From assembly GCA_002269645.1 (NCBI GenBank), contig NIVC01000719.1, positions 238,020 through 302,019 of the forward strand: a DNA stretch of 64,000 nucleotides. Direction: 5' to 3'. A program made the translations under genes and the position numbers. The DNA comes from Macrostomum lignano. Lineage: Eukaryota. Under the pieces are notes generated by a model. It ran no database searches and was not told the origin of the DNA. It was given only the letters and a program-made list of their open reading frames with translations. Positions 11,339 through 24,340 of this stretch are shown here, piece after piece. The stretch's first letter is position 1. Each line of letters begins with the position of its first letter.

Positions 11339-14300
11339 ATGGATCTAAAATCTGCACTGGCAGCCCTGGCCGCCAGCCTAATTGCGGCCCTAGTGGCCAT
11401 GGACAGCGGACAGCAGAGCGGTTTGGCCGACGTTGAGGCTGCTATTAAACTGCCGCAGGGCAGGTGCTACGCCCTGGTGTCCGACTATCTCACCTATAAT
11501 AAGGTAAGGCGATTTCATTGGAGTGAAGGGCGATTTCATGGGGGTGAAGGGCGATTTCTGAGAGTGCAAGGTGATATCTGAGAGTGAAGGGCGTTTTATG
11601 GGAGTGAAAGGCGATCTCTGAGAGGGAAAGGCGATTTCTGAGAGTGAAAGGCGATTTCTGAGAAGTGAAGAGCGATTTGCGAGTGAAAGGCGATTTCTGT
11701 GAGTGAAGGGTGATTTCTTATAGTGAACGGCGATTTGAGAGTGAAGGGCGATTTCTGAGAGTGAAGGGTGATTTCTTAGAGTGAACGGCGATTTCTGAGA
11801 GTGAAGGGCGATTTCTGAGAGTGAAAGGCGATTTCTTAGAGTGAAGGGCGATTTCTGAGAGTGAAAGACGATTTTTGAGAGTGAATGGCGCTTTCTGAGA
11901 GTGAAAGACGATTTCTGAGAGTGAAGGGTGATTTCTTAGAGTGAACGGCGATTTCTGAGAGTGAAGGGCGATTTCTGAGAGTGAAAGGCGATTTCTTAGA
12001 GTGAAGGGCGATTTCTGAGAGTGAAAGACGATTTCTGAGAGTGAAGGGCGCTTTCTGAGAGTGAAAGACGATTTCTGAGAGTGAAAGACGATTTCTGAGA
12101 GTGAATGGCGCTTTCTGAGAGAGAGTGAAAGGCGATTTCTGAGAGTAAAAGGCGATTTCTGAGAGTGAAAGACGATTTCTGAGAGTGAATGGCGCTTTCT
12201 GAGAGTGAAAGGCGATTTCTGAGAGTGAATGGCGCTTTCTGAGAGAGAGTGAAAGGCGATTTCTGAGAGTGAAAGGCGATTTCTGAGAGTAAAAGGCGAT
12301 TTCTGAGAGTGAAAGGCGATTTCTAAGAGCCTAGTTCGTAGCGTAGACATTCTTGACAATTAAAAGACATTAAAGGGCATTCATATAATTAGTTTTAATC
12401 ACAACAAATTAATCCACAAAAAGCAATGGAATATATTTTACAATTAAAACAAAACATACATCTTAGGTTTGCTTGCGCTGAAACAATGATGTTTAATGTT
12501 AATGCTTTTGAATCACTATTAATACTAATAAGAGTACTATTACTGTACAGCAATATAATATTGTATTATCTTCGTAGATTTCAAAAAAAAACCTAATATA
12601 TTTTTGGCAATAAAAATTAATCCGCATACAATTATATTAAACAATTAACTGATAATGGTCAGTGATATTCTACCTGTACTTGATTGTACGGAATGATAAA
12701 TTAAAAGGTAATTAATTTACAAAATGCATGCCTAAATCTACTAATTAATATATTCATCATTTTAAGACAATATTCAACATTCATTTTCGCCTTATTTGGG
12801 ATTTCGGGATACAGCATCTAGTGTAAAATAAATTTATTAGCTTAAAAGCAATACTAGTGTGAAAATTTCATCAGGGATTAGAGACTGAAGGATTGGGGAT
12901 TAAAGACTGAAGGATTAGGGATTAGAGACTGAAGGATTATGGATTAGAGACTGAAGGATTAGGGATTAGAGACTGAAGGATTAGGGATTAGTAGAGGATG
13001 AAGGATTAGGGATTAGTAGAGGATGAAGGATTAGGGATTAAAGACTGAAGGATAAGGGATTAGTAGAGGCTGAAGGATCAGTTATTAAAGACTGAAGGAT
13101 CAGGAACTACATCAGTGCATTCTTTGAAAAAAATATTGATATATAGAGTAGTGATAAAACAATTGGAATACAGCGAATGAAGACAACCAAAACTGACATG
13201 TATGCTATAGGTATAGAACAGACTCTGACAGCTATCACCTGACACACATCTAACTATCATCTGACACACACCTAGCTATCATCTGACACACATCTAACTA
13301 TCATCTGACACACACCTAGCTATCATCTGACACACATCTAACTATCATCTGACACACACCTAGCTATCATCTGACACACACCTAGCTATCATCTGACACA
13401 CACCTAGCTATCATCTGACACACACCTAGCTATCATCTGACACACACCTGACACACACCTAGCTATCACCTGACACACCTAGCTATCATCTGACACACAC
13501 CTGACACACACCTAGCTATCATCTGACACACATCTGACACACACCTAGCTATCATCTGACACACACCTAGCTATCATCTGACACACACCTGACACACACC
13601 TAGCTATCACCTGACACACCTAGCTATCATCTGACACACACCTAGCTATCATCTGACACACACCTGACACACACCTAGCTATCACCTGACACACCTAGCT
13701 ATCATCTGACACACACCTAGCTATCACCTGACACACACCTGACACACACCTAGCTATCATCTGACACACATCTGACACACACCTAGCTATCATCTGACAC
13801 ACACCTGACACACACCTAGCTATCACCTGACACACCTAGCTATCACCTGACACACACCTGACACACACCTAGCTATCATCTGACACACATCTGACACACA
13901 CCTAGCTATCATCTGACACACACCTAGCTATCATCTGACACACACCTGACACACACCTAGCTATCACCTGACACACCTAGCTATCATCTGACACACACCT
14001 AGCTATCATCTGACACACACCTGACACACACCTAGCTATCACCTGACACACCTAGCTATCATCTGACACACACCTAGCTATCACCTGACACACACCTGAC
14101 ACACACCTAGCTATCATCTGACACACATCTGACACACACCTAGCTATCATTTGACACACACCTAGCTATCATCTGACACACACCTAGCTATCATCTGACA
14201 CACACCTGACACACACCTAGCTATCATCTGACACACACCTGACACACACCTAGCTATCACCTGACACACACCTAGCTATCATCTGACACACACCTGACAC

Positions 14301-17300
14301 ACACCTAGCTATCACCTGACACACACCTAGCTATCATCTGACACACACCTGACACACACCTAGCTATCATCTGACACACACCTGACACACACCTAGCTAT
14401 CACCTGACACACACCTAGCTATCATCTGACACACACCTGACACACACCTAGCTATCACCTGACACACACCTAGCTATCACCTGACACACACCTAGCTATC
14501 ATCTGACACACACCTGACACACACCTAGCTATCATCTGCGCTGTCAATAACGCCACCGCTGCGAATGAAGGCCAAGATGCGCTGGGACAGCGGATCAGCC
14601 GGGTCAGCCAGCAGTTCAATAATGTCAAAGTGATCCCGCTCGGGTACAATATTAACATCGGCCTGACGACCGTGCCGCCTGAGCAAGTCGCACAGTTCGC
14701 GACTTTGTCTAGTAAACTCGGGCGATTCTAGGGCACCAACGATGGCAAGAATTGGCGCTCTCACGGGGCTGGCCAGGAGCTGCTGTTGAAGGCCGCGCAT
14801 AGGGCTCAGCGCGGCAGCTCTGGCGGTGTTCATGCCCAGCGGATGGTTCACGCTAGTTTTCACAAGCGGCATCAAATCAAATACGCCTGCGGGTCGGATC
14901 AGCAAGTAGCCATCAATCATGTCAGCAAGTCATCAATCATGTCAGCAAGTCATCAATCATGTCAAAAACTAGCTATCAATCATGTCAAAAACTAGCTATC
15001 AATCATGTCAAAAACTAGCTATCAATCATGTCAGCAAGTAGCCATCAATCATGTCAGCAAGTAGCCAACAATCATGTCAGCAAGTAGCCATCAATCATGT
15101 CAGCAAGTAGCCATTAATCATCTCAGCAAGTAGCCATCAATCATGTCAGCAAGTAGTCATCAATCATGTCACCAATTAGCCATCAATCATGTCAGCAAGT
15201 AGTCATCAATCATGTCACCAATTAGCCATCAATCATGGCAGCAAGTAGTCATCAATCATGTCACCAATTAGCCATCAATCATGTCAGCAAGTAGTCATCA
15301 ATCATATCAGCAAGTCATAAATCATGTCAGCAAGTAGCCATCAATCATGTCAGCAAGTAGTCATCAATCATGTCAGCAAGTAGTCATCAATCATATCAGC
15401 AAGTCATCAATCATATCAGCAAATTATCAATCATATCAGCAAGCTATCAATCATATCAGCAAGCCATCAATCATGTCAGCAAGTAGCCACCAATCATGTC
15501 AGCAAGTAGTCATCAATCATATCAGCAAGTTATCAATCATATCAGCAAGTCATCAATCATATCAGCAAGTCATCAATCATATCAGCAAGCCATCAATCAT
15601 ATCAGCAAGCCATCAATCATGTCAGCAATTAGCTATCAATAATGTCAGCAAGTAGCCATCAATAATGTCAGCAATTAGCGATCAATGTTAGTTAGCAATG
15701 TCAGCAAGTAGCCACCAATCATGTCAGCAAGTAGCCATCAATCATATCAGCAAGTCATCAATCATATCAGCAAGTCATCAATCATATCAGCAAGTCATCA
15801 ATAATGTCAGCAATTAGCTATCAATAATGTCAGCAAGCAGCCTTCAATAATGTCAGCAATTAGCTATCAATAATGTCAGCAATTAGCTATCAATAATGTC
15901 AGCAAGTAGCCTTCAATAATGTCAGCAATTAGCTATCAATAATGTCAGCAAGTAGCCTTCAATAATGTCAGCAATTAGCTATCAATGGCGTCAGCAAGTA
16001 GCCATCAGTGAAGCAGTTTACCTGAGATCGGCAACACGCCTTTAATAAGACCAGCCAATTCGCCCGGCCAATGCACACAAGCCCCGGCCGTCACGGCCAG
16101 ATGTCCACCGGCCGAGTGTCCGGCCACATAAACGCCGGACAAGCCGTCAGACCGAGCTCGCTCCAAACAGGCACGCAATCCGGTTTCAACCAGTCGAACA
16201 GTGTCCTCAATTGACACCGCGGGTACGCAATCGTAGCCTAGGCTAGCAAAATGCAGGCCATTGTTAACAAAGGTATCGGCCATGTGGCAGCACATTCTGG
16301 CAGTTAGTTCCGGTGTTTGCCAATAGCCGCCGTGGATAAACACAAACAGTGGTGACTTGGCATTGCCGCCGCTATCAGACGGGGTGAACCAATAGTACAC
16401 CAATTCGTTGCTATCGCTCTGCCCATACTGCACAATCTCCGGTTTTAATCGTTCAATTACTAACTCTGATTGTTCGCGTAATAATTTGAAATGCGCGTCA
16501 ACTATTTTAGTTGGGTCCAAGCGCTTGGACCAGTGACTGGGCAGGTAGGGAATATCACTGTCGGACATTGTTTTTAACGGTGATGTAGTTTTGCACGCAA
16601 CCGCTCTGAAGACTTGAACACGGTGTTTTTTAAGGGTGACCGACGTTTGGCATTAAGGGAACGGGGATTTGAGAATTTTATGCGAAATTTGATTTTCGAT
16701 CGGTATTATAAACATGTATCAGCGTCACATGGATTTGGAAAAAATGGGTAGCTTTGTAAGAAGTATCAGTTGGATTTAGAAAGTGTCAGGTGGTTTTAAA
16801 AAGGTGTCACGTGGCTTTGAAAAAAGTGTCAGATAGCCTTATAAAAATGTCAGGTAGCTTTATAGCAATATCAGGTGGCTTTGGAATGAGTGTCAGGTAG
16901 CTTTATAAAAATGTCAGGTAGCTTTATAGCAATATCAGGTGGCTTTGGAATGAGTGTCAGGTAGTTTTATAAAAAGTATCAGGTAGCTTTATAAAAGTGT
17001 CAGGTGGATTTTAGAAAGTGTCAGGTAGATTTAGAAAGTGTCGGGTGGATTTAGAAAGTGTCAGGTGGATTTAGAAAGTGTCACGTGGATTTTAGAAAGT
17101 ATCGAGTGGATTTAGAAAGTGTCGGGTGGATTTAGAAAGTGTCAGGTGGATTTTAGAAAGTGTCGGGTGGATCTAGAAAGTGTCGGGTGGATCTAGAAAG
17201 TGTCAGGTGGATTTAGAAAGTGTCAGGTGGATTTAGAAAGTTTCAGGTGGATTTTAGAAAGTGTCACGTGGATTTTAGAAAGTATCGAGTGGATTTAGAA

Positions 17301-20097
17301 AGTGTCACGTGGATTTTAGAAAGTGTCAGGTGGATTTTAGAAAGTGTCACGTGGATTTTAGAAAGTGTCACGTGGATTTAGAAAGTGTCACGTGGATTTT
17401 AGAAAGTATCGAGTGGATTTAGAAAGTGTCACGTGGATTTTAGAAAGTGTCAGGTGGATTTTAGAAAGTGTCACGTGGATTTTAGAAAGTGTCACGTGGA
17501 TTTTAGAAAGTGTCACGTGGATTTTAGAAAGTGTCGGGTGGATTTAGAAAGTGTCACGTGGATTTTAGAAAGTGTCAGGTGGATTTTAGAAAGTGTCAGG
17601 TGGATTTTAGAAAGTGTCAGGTGGATTTTAGAAAGTGTCACGTGGATTTTAGAAAGTGTCACATGGATTTTAGAAAGTGTCACGTGGATTTTAGAAAGTG
17701 TCAGGTGGATTTTAGAAAGTGTCACGTGGATTTTAGAAAGTGTCGGGTGGATCTAGAAAGTGTCGGGTGGATCTAGAAAGTGTCGGGTGGATCTAGAAAG
17801 TGTCGGGTGGATCTAGAAAGTGTCGGGTGGATTTAGAAAGTGTCGGGTGGATTTAGAAAGTGTCAGGTGGATTTAGAAAGTGTCACGTGGATTTTAGAAA
17901 GTGTCACGTGGATTTAGAAAGTGTCACGTGGATTTTAGAAAGTGTCACGTGGATTTAGAAAGTGTCGGGTGGATTTAGAAAGTGTCACGTGGATTTTAGA
18001 AAGTGTCACATGGATTTTAGAAAGTGTCACGTGGATTTTAGAAAGTGTCAGGTGGATTTTAGAAAGTGTCACGTGGATTTTAGAAAGTGTCACGTGGATT
18101 TTAGAAAGTGTCACATGGATTTTAGAAAGTGTCACGTGGATTTTAGAAAGTGTCAGGTGGATTTTAGAAAGTGTCACGTGGATTTTAGAAAGTGTCGGGT
18201 GGATCTAGAAAGTGTCGGGTGGATCTAGAAAGTGTCGGGTGGATCTAGAAAGTGTCGGGTGGATCTAGAAAGTGTCGGGTGGATTTAGAAAGTGTCGGGT
18301 GGATTTAGAAAGTGTCAGGTGGATTTAGAAAGTGTCACGTGGATTTTAGAAAGTGTCACGTGGATTTAGAAAGTGTCACGTGGATTTTAGAAAGTGTCAC
18401 GTGGATTTAGAAAGTGTCGGGTGGATTTAGAAAGTGTCACGTGGATTTTAGAAAGTGTCACATGGATTTTAGAAAGTGTCACGTGGATTTTAGAAAGTGT
18501 CAGGTGGATTTTAGAAAGTGTCACGTGGATTTTAGAAAGTGTCGGGTGGATCTAGAAAGTGTCGGGTGGATCTAGAAAGTGTCGGGTGGATCTAGAAAGT
18601 GTCGGGTGGATCTAGAAAGTGTCGGGTGGATTTAGAAAGTGTCGGGTGGATTTAGAAAGTGTCAGGTGGATTTAGAAAGTGTCACGTGGATTTTAGAAAG
18701 TGTCACGTGGATTTAGAAAGTGTCACGTGGATTTTAGAAAGTGTCACGTGGATTTAGAAAGTGTCGGGTGGATTTAGAAAGTGTCGGGTGGATTTAGAAA
18801 GTGTCGGGTGGATTTAGAAAGTGTCGGGTGGATTTAGAAAGTGTCAGGTGGATTTAGAAAGTGTCACGTGGATTTTAGAAAGTGTCACGTGGATTTAGAA
18901 AGTGTCACGTGGATTTTAGAAAGTGTCACGTGGATTTAGAAAGTGTCGGGTGGATTTAGAAAGTGTCACGTGGATTTAGAAAGTGTCACGTGGATTTTAG
19001 AAAGTGTCACGTGGATTTAGAAAGTGTCGGGTGGATTTAGAAAGTGTCAGGTGGATTTAGAAAGTGTCACGTGGATTTTAGAAAGTGTCACGTGGATTTA
19101 GAAAGTGTCACGTGGATTTTAGAAAGTGTCACGTGGATTTAGAAAGTGTCGGGTGGATTTAGAAAGTGTCACGTGGATTTAGAAAGTGTCGGGTGGATTT
19201 AGAAAGTGTCAGGTGGATTTTAGAAAATGTCATATTTCTAGAGGAAGTATTATTTGGCTTTTTGAAAATGTGGCTAGGGGTTTCAGAAGACATGTCTAAG
19301 AAAGTTTCTAGGAAAGAAGTATTTAAAAAACGTATTTCACTATCATGTACAATATCCTCACTTTGATTTCATACACAACATTAAAAACCCAGTGGCAGCC
19401 GGCCATAGTGGACGTGGAAAGCATGGCCCTGCCGGGCATCACCGACATCGGCTCGTCCTTCACCATGTACTACCGAATGCCTCTGTGGGGCTCGGTGCCC
19501 TACACCCAGACTGTCAGCTACGTTGAAGAAGGCAGAACTTTTGCTTACGAAAGCGACGGCCTAATGCGAGTGAAAACCAGCCTGACTGTGCGAACTAAAT
19601 CCGACAAGGTCTGCTACATCCGGGTGCAGTTGGCTTCTGCCAGGACCAGCCTGCTGTTCCACGTGAGTGCGACAGAATTGTTGACGGTTTGTTAATGTTA
19701 ACTCTGAGATTCTGAGAATGACAATAATCTCAATGAGAATAACTGCCGAGATTCTTCCACTGAGAATAATTAACTCTCAAAGTCACATTTACTACGATCA
19801 ACTCTCAAAATCTCACACTGAGAATAATCAACTCTCAAAATCTCACACTGCGAACTATCAACCCTCAAAATCTCACACTGCGAACTATCAACCCTCAAAA
19901 TCTCACACTGCGAACTATCAATCCTCAAAATCTCACACTGAGAACGATCAATCCTCAAAATCTCACAGTGACTCTGTTAATCCCTCACCCCACACGAATT
20001 GCAGTACGTGTTCCGGCCGCTACTAGGATTCTATTATCAGAACTGGGCAACGCAGTCACTGATCAACGTGAAGATGCACAACATGCACAATTTCTAA
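11339..20097 (+). CDS. SRPBCC/START-like (polyketide cyclase-2 type) protein with N-terminal signal/anchor, 175 aa, 3 exons
   Basis: Exons 11339-11503, 19393-19662, 20005-20097, all phase 0 GT-AG. Joined sequence ...DVEAAIKLPQGRCYALVSDYLTYNK|WQPAIVDVES...GSSFTMYY...QTVSYVEEGRTFAYES... fits the SRPBCC pattern (I-x-x-P..vw.llsD..y..W.P; vt..e.gr.fay). Hydrophobic N-terminus ALAALAASLIAALVA. Family call is from motif recall. Confidence 0.72.
11504..12330. repeat. 20-bp minisatellite (GTGAAAGGCGATTTCTGAGA)n starting at the intron-1 donor
   Basis: Tandem copies seen directly. Confidence 0.95.
12870..13100. repeat. ~22-bp minisatellite (GATTAGAGACTGAAGGATTAGG)n
   Basis: Tandem copies seen directly. 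Confidence 0.88.
13225..14535. repeat. Composite minisatellite (CTAGCTATCATCTGACACACAC / CTGACACACAC)n directly 3' of AFMID
   Basis: Tandem copies seen directly; the terminal unit overlaps the AFMID stop codon. Confidence 0.95.
14525..16568 (-). CDS. AFMID: Kynurenine formamidase (arylformamidase), 2 exons, nested antisense in intron 1 of the SRPBCC gene
   Basis: Exons 16568-16022 and 14886-14525 with a phase-1 intron (ISG|VFDL). Motifs: YLPSHWSKR, LFVFIHGGYWQ, GHSAGGHL nucleophile elbow, SGVFDL.PL..T.VN, ESPEF..QS, DHFDIIE (catalytic His). Confidence 0.93.
14900..16005. repeat. 19-23-bp minisatellite (CATCAATCATGTCAGCAAGTAGC)n filling the AFMID intron
   Basis: Array reaches to within about 15 nt of both splice sites. 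Confidence 0.95.
16750..19230. repeat. 20/21-bp minisatellite (GGATTT(T)AGAAAGTGTC[ACGT/AGGT/GGGT])n, ~2.5 kb
   Basis: Tandem copies seen directly; many units contain CACGTG. Confidence 0.97.
19790..19970. repeat. 30-bp minisatellite (TCTCACACTGCGAACTATCAACCCTCAAAA)n in SRPBCC intron 2
   Basis: About six copies seen directly. Confidence 0.9.
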
Positions 20098-20299
20098 CAA
20101 GGTGCAAATCGAACAGAGAGGACGTTCTAACAATCTGTTAGAAAAAAGTTACAATACTATTGTGTACAACTAACTAATATATCTGATAGTAGTTAGGCAA
20201 TGTTTATTAAAATATTTTATTATTAATTAGCTAACATGTCTGCATTCGAATGCTACTTAAATGCAATTTAATACTACAACTAACTTCTGAAGCAATTAG

Positions 20300-20900
20300 A
20301 AGTCCATGGCTTAAGTACGCTCGTAATTAGGAGTCCATGGTTAAACTAATTAGGAGTCCATGGTTAAACTAATTAGGAGTCTGTGGTTAAACCAATTAGG
20401 AGTCTGTGGCTTAAGTACGCTCGTAATTAGGAGTCCATGGCTGAACTAATTAGGAGTTCATGGTTAAACCAATTAGGAGTCTGTGGTTAAACCAATTAGG
20501 AGTTCATGGTTAAACCAATTAGGAGTCTGTGGTTAAACCAATTAGGAGTCTGTGGTTAAACCAATTAGGAGTCTGTGGTTAAACCAATTAGGAGTCTGTG
20601 GTTAAACCAATTAGGAGTCTGTGGTTAAACCAATTAGGAGTCTGTGGTTAAACCAATTAGGAGTCTGTGGTTAAACCAATTAGGAGTCTGTGGTTAAACC
20701 AATTAGGAGTCTGTGGTTAAACCAATTAGGAGTCTGTGGTTAAAGCAATTAGGAGTCTGTGGTTAAAGCAATTAGGAGTTTGTGTTTAAACTAATTAGGA
20801 GTCCATGGTTAAACCAATTAGGAGTCTGTGGTTAAACTAATTAGGAGTCTGTGGTTAAACTAATTAGGAGTCCATGGTTAAACTACTTAGGAGTCCATGG
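20300..20900. repeat. 23-bp minisatellite (TTAAACCAATTAGGAGTCTGTGG)n
   Basis: Tandem copies downstream of the SRPBCC stop. Confidence 0.94.
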
Positions 20901-21759
20901 CAGAACTAAAAATATGTCCATGACTGCACCATCGTCTGCCTATAAAGATCTACAGCAGTTTTGTCACTTTTTTCAGGCATTCATTTCACATTTTATTTTA
21001 TAGTAGGAATTCATTTTAGAAAAAACATTTAAAAATCCTGTTTGCTTTCACACAAAACTCTGATTATAAGTAACTTTAACCTTCTCCGTCCCCGCCTTTG
21101 AAACTGCTAATTCATGATACAAAAAATACACAGCATCACTTTTGAAGAAGTTTTAACAACAATTGGTTCTTGAATTGCTCTTAATTCACCTAATTATTAA
21201 TTTAACTCAAAGTTGTTTAATGTATGCACAACTAAAAATAAAGTTTAGAAAGAAACTGCAAACAAACATATTTTTACCAGCGCTTTTATTATATTTATTG
21301 AATATTCGCGACACACTACTTTGAACAGGTAATTCCAGCAGTAGCATAACATGAATAAAAAAATAATTAATTAATTAGAGACCAAACAAAAATCAAGCAA
21401 AGAAATTGATAGTAATTACACAATTTAGTTCGTTAATACACGGCCAATGTACAGGCAGATTAAGAAATACAGTGGTTACTAAGAGAAATTCAGATAGGAA
21501 AAAGAACAGTAACACAAACTGTAAAAAATAGCAGCGATAATGACATATGCACAACAGTACTACTATTAGTAACTAGCTTGACACCGAGTTTTTTATTTAA
21601 AATGTTATTAATATGCGTTTTGAAACATTTATAACTGCAAAGCTTTCCTAGCAATTGTTTAAAATTCGAACGAATGCTATGGCTTACATGATAACAGCGA
21701 AATAAGATAGATGATAAACTTTTTGTGCTTTTTGGCTTAAACACAGCTTAACCTACTTT

Positions 21760-22790
21760 AGCAAGTGTCAAATCTGACCTACTTAAACCAACCCTGACTT
21801 ACTTAAACCAACCCTAACCTACTTAAACAACCCTGACCTACTTAAACAACCCTGACCTACTTAAACCAACCCTGACCTACTTAAACCAACCCTGACCTAC
21901 TTGAACCAACCCTGACCTACTTAACCCAACCCTGACTTACTTAACCCAACCCTGACCTACTCTAACCAACCCTGACCTACTTAAACCAACCCTGACCTAC
22001 TTAAACCAACCCTGACTTACTTAAACAATCCTGACCTACTTAAACCAACCCTGACCTACTCTAACCAACCCTGACCTACTTAAACAACCCTGACTTACTT
22101 AAACCAACCCTGAACTACTTAAACAACCCTGACCTACTTAAACCAACCCTGAACTACTTAAACAACCCTGACTTACTTAAACCAACCCTGAACTACTTAA
22201 ACAACCCTGACCTACTTAAACCAACCCTGAACTACTTAAACAACCCTGACTTACTTAAACCAACCCTGAACTACTTAAACAACCCTGACCTACTTAAACC
22301 AACCCTGACCTACTCTAACCAACCCTGACCTACTTAAACCAACCCTGACCTACTCTAACCAACCCTGACCTAATCTAACCAACCCTGACCTACTTAAACA
22401 ACCCTGACCTACTTAAACCAACCCTGAACTACTTAAACAACCCTGACTTACTTAAACCAACCCTGAACTACTTAAACAACCCTGACCTACTTAAACCAAC
22501 CCTGATCTACTCTAACCAACCCTGACCTACTTAAACCAACCCTGACCTACTCTAACTAACCCTGACCTACTTGAAGTAACCCTTACCTACTTGAACTAAC
22601 CCTGACCTAATGGAACTAACCCTGACCTACTTGAACTAACCCTGACCTACTTGAACTAACCCTGACCTACTTGAACTAACCCTGACCTACTTGAACTAAC
22701 CCTGACCTAATGGAACTAACCCTGACCTACTTGAAGTAACCCTTGCCTAGTCTAACGAACCCTGACCTATTTTAACGAATCATGACCTAT
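21760..22790. repeat. 19-20-bp minisatellite (CCCTGACCTACTTAAACCAA)n
   Basis: Tandem copies downstream of the LIN37 stop. Confidence 0.94.
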
Positions 22791-22920
22791 TTTATATAAA
22801 AACAACCATTAACTTATCTAACGATAACCAACCTTGAACTACTTTAAACAGCCAAAAACTGAAGCCACCATAGCTATCATATAGCAGTAACAAAATTTGC
22901 CTTAAGTCATCGAAATTCGT

Positions 22921-23852
22921 TTAAAAATCGCGTCCTGACCCGGCAACCCCAGCGGCAGCGCCGCCAGCATTGGACGAATGACCGCCGACGCCGCCGCCGC
23001 GGCAGACATTCAACACGCGCATGGCGTCCGAATAGCGCCGATCGTTGGCGCGCATAGCGCTGCACCAGCTGCGCCGAACCTCGCGCCACCTGTCCAGATG
23101 ATCCAACAGCAGCTGCTCGGGCGCCGGGGCCAGCTCAGGCGCCCGATGAATGTCGAGACGTTCGTCCTCTGACGGCAGCGGGGCCGGTACGCGGACGCTG
23201 GAGTCCAATAGGCCGTCGTGAGCGGCGGGAAGGTCGAGCACAGCGCCCTGGTGCAGGCCGATCTCCTCAGACCGATGGTCGGGCAGGTCGCCCCACTTGG
23301 CTGCACAAATCAATGCGATTTTTTGGGCGGATAAAAAGTGGGATGTATTTATCCCACCGCTCACACCCATCCTCCCTGGAGTCCTATGCTATACGCTGGC
23401 TAGACAGTTACACAGACAGCAGACAGGAAGGAGGACAGGCATGCAGACAGACTGACTGACAGCAGTATCGCGACTTTCTTAAGTCATTCCTTCAATTCAT
23501 CCGCACTCGCTTTTTTTCTCTCCCTCTCTGTCTTCTGATTGGCTCTTCAATCTCGCCTCTCTTTCCTTAGTCGCGCACTCCACCCCTCCTCGTCTTATCT
23601 TGCAATCAAACCTAACTCCTAGTTTATTGGCATGAATATACCCGTTTGGGCCTTGAGCCCCACTTACTACTGTCTGTCAGTTTTTTGTTTTCAACTCAAA
23701 TTAAACCGTACTCTTATTTTCTTTAACACAGAGACGGAGAACTACAGACAGACAGGCTGACTTAGCTGCAGGGTGGTCTGTAGACACAGCGGGGAGGCGA
23801 GGGTCGCCCATTCCGCTATGACAGGCTGACACTAAGACAAGACACATAGTAT

Positions 23853-23884
<32 letters not shown>

Positions 23885-23989
23885 CTAAGGCAAGACACAT
23901 AGTATGACAGACAGACAGACGGACACTAAGGCAAGACACATAGTATGACAGACAGACAGACAGACACAGACAGACAGACACAGACAGGC

Positions 23990-24026
<37 letters not shown>

Positions 24027-24271
24027 CAGACAGACAGACACTAAGACAGAGACAGACAGACAGACAGACAGACACTAAGACAGAGACAGACAGACAGACA
24101 GACAGACACTAAGACAGAGACAGACAGATAGACAGACAGACACTAAGACAGAGACAGACAGACAGACAGACACTAAGACAGAGACAGACAGACAGACAGA
24201 CAGACACTAAGACAGAGACAGACAGATAGACAGACACTAAGACAGACAGACAGACAGACAGACACTAAGAC

Positions 24272-24340
<69 letters not shown>

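Noticed and set aside
12890-13060. TTAGGG hexamers as interstitial telomere
   Set aside because: There is one hexamer per 22-bp unit, never in tandem.
23745-23830. Extra LIN37 exon ([20 protein letters not shown])
   Set aside because: There is no good donor in the needed phase, and the flanking exons already join in frame.
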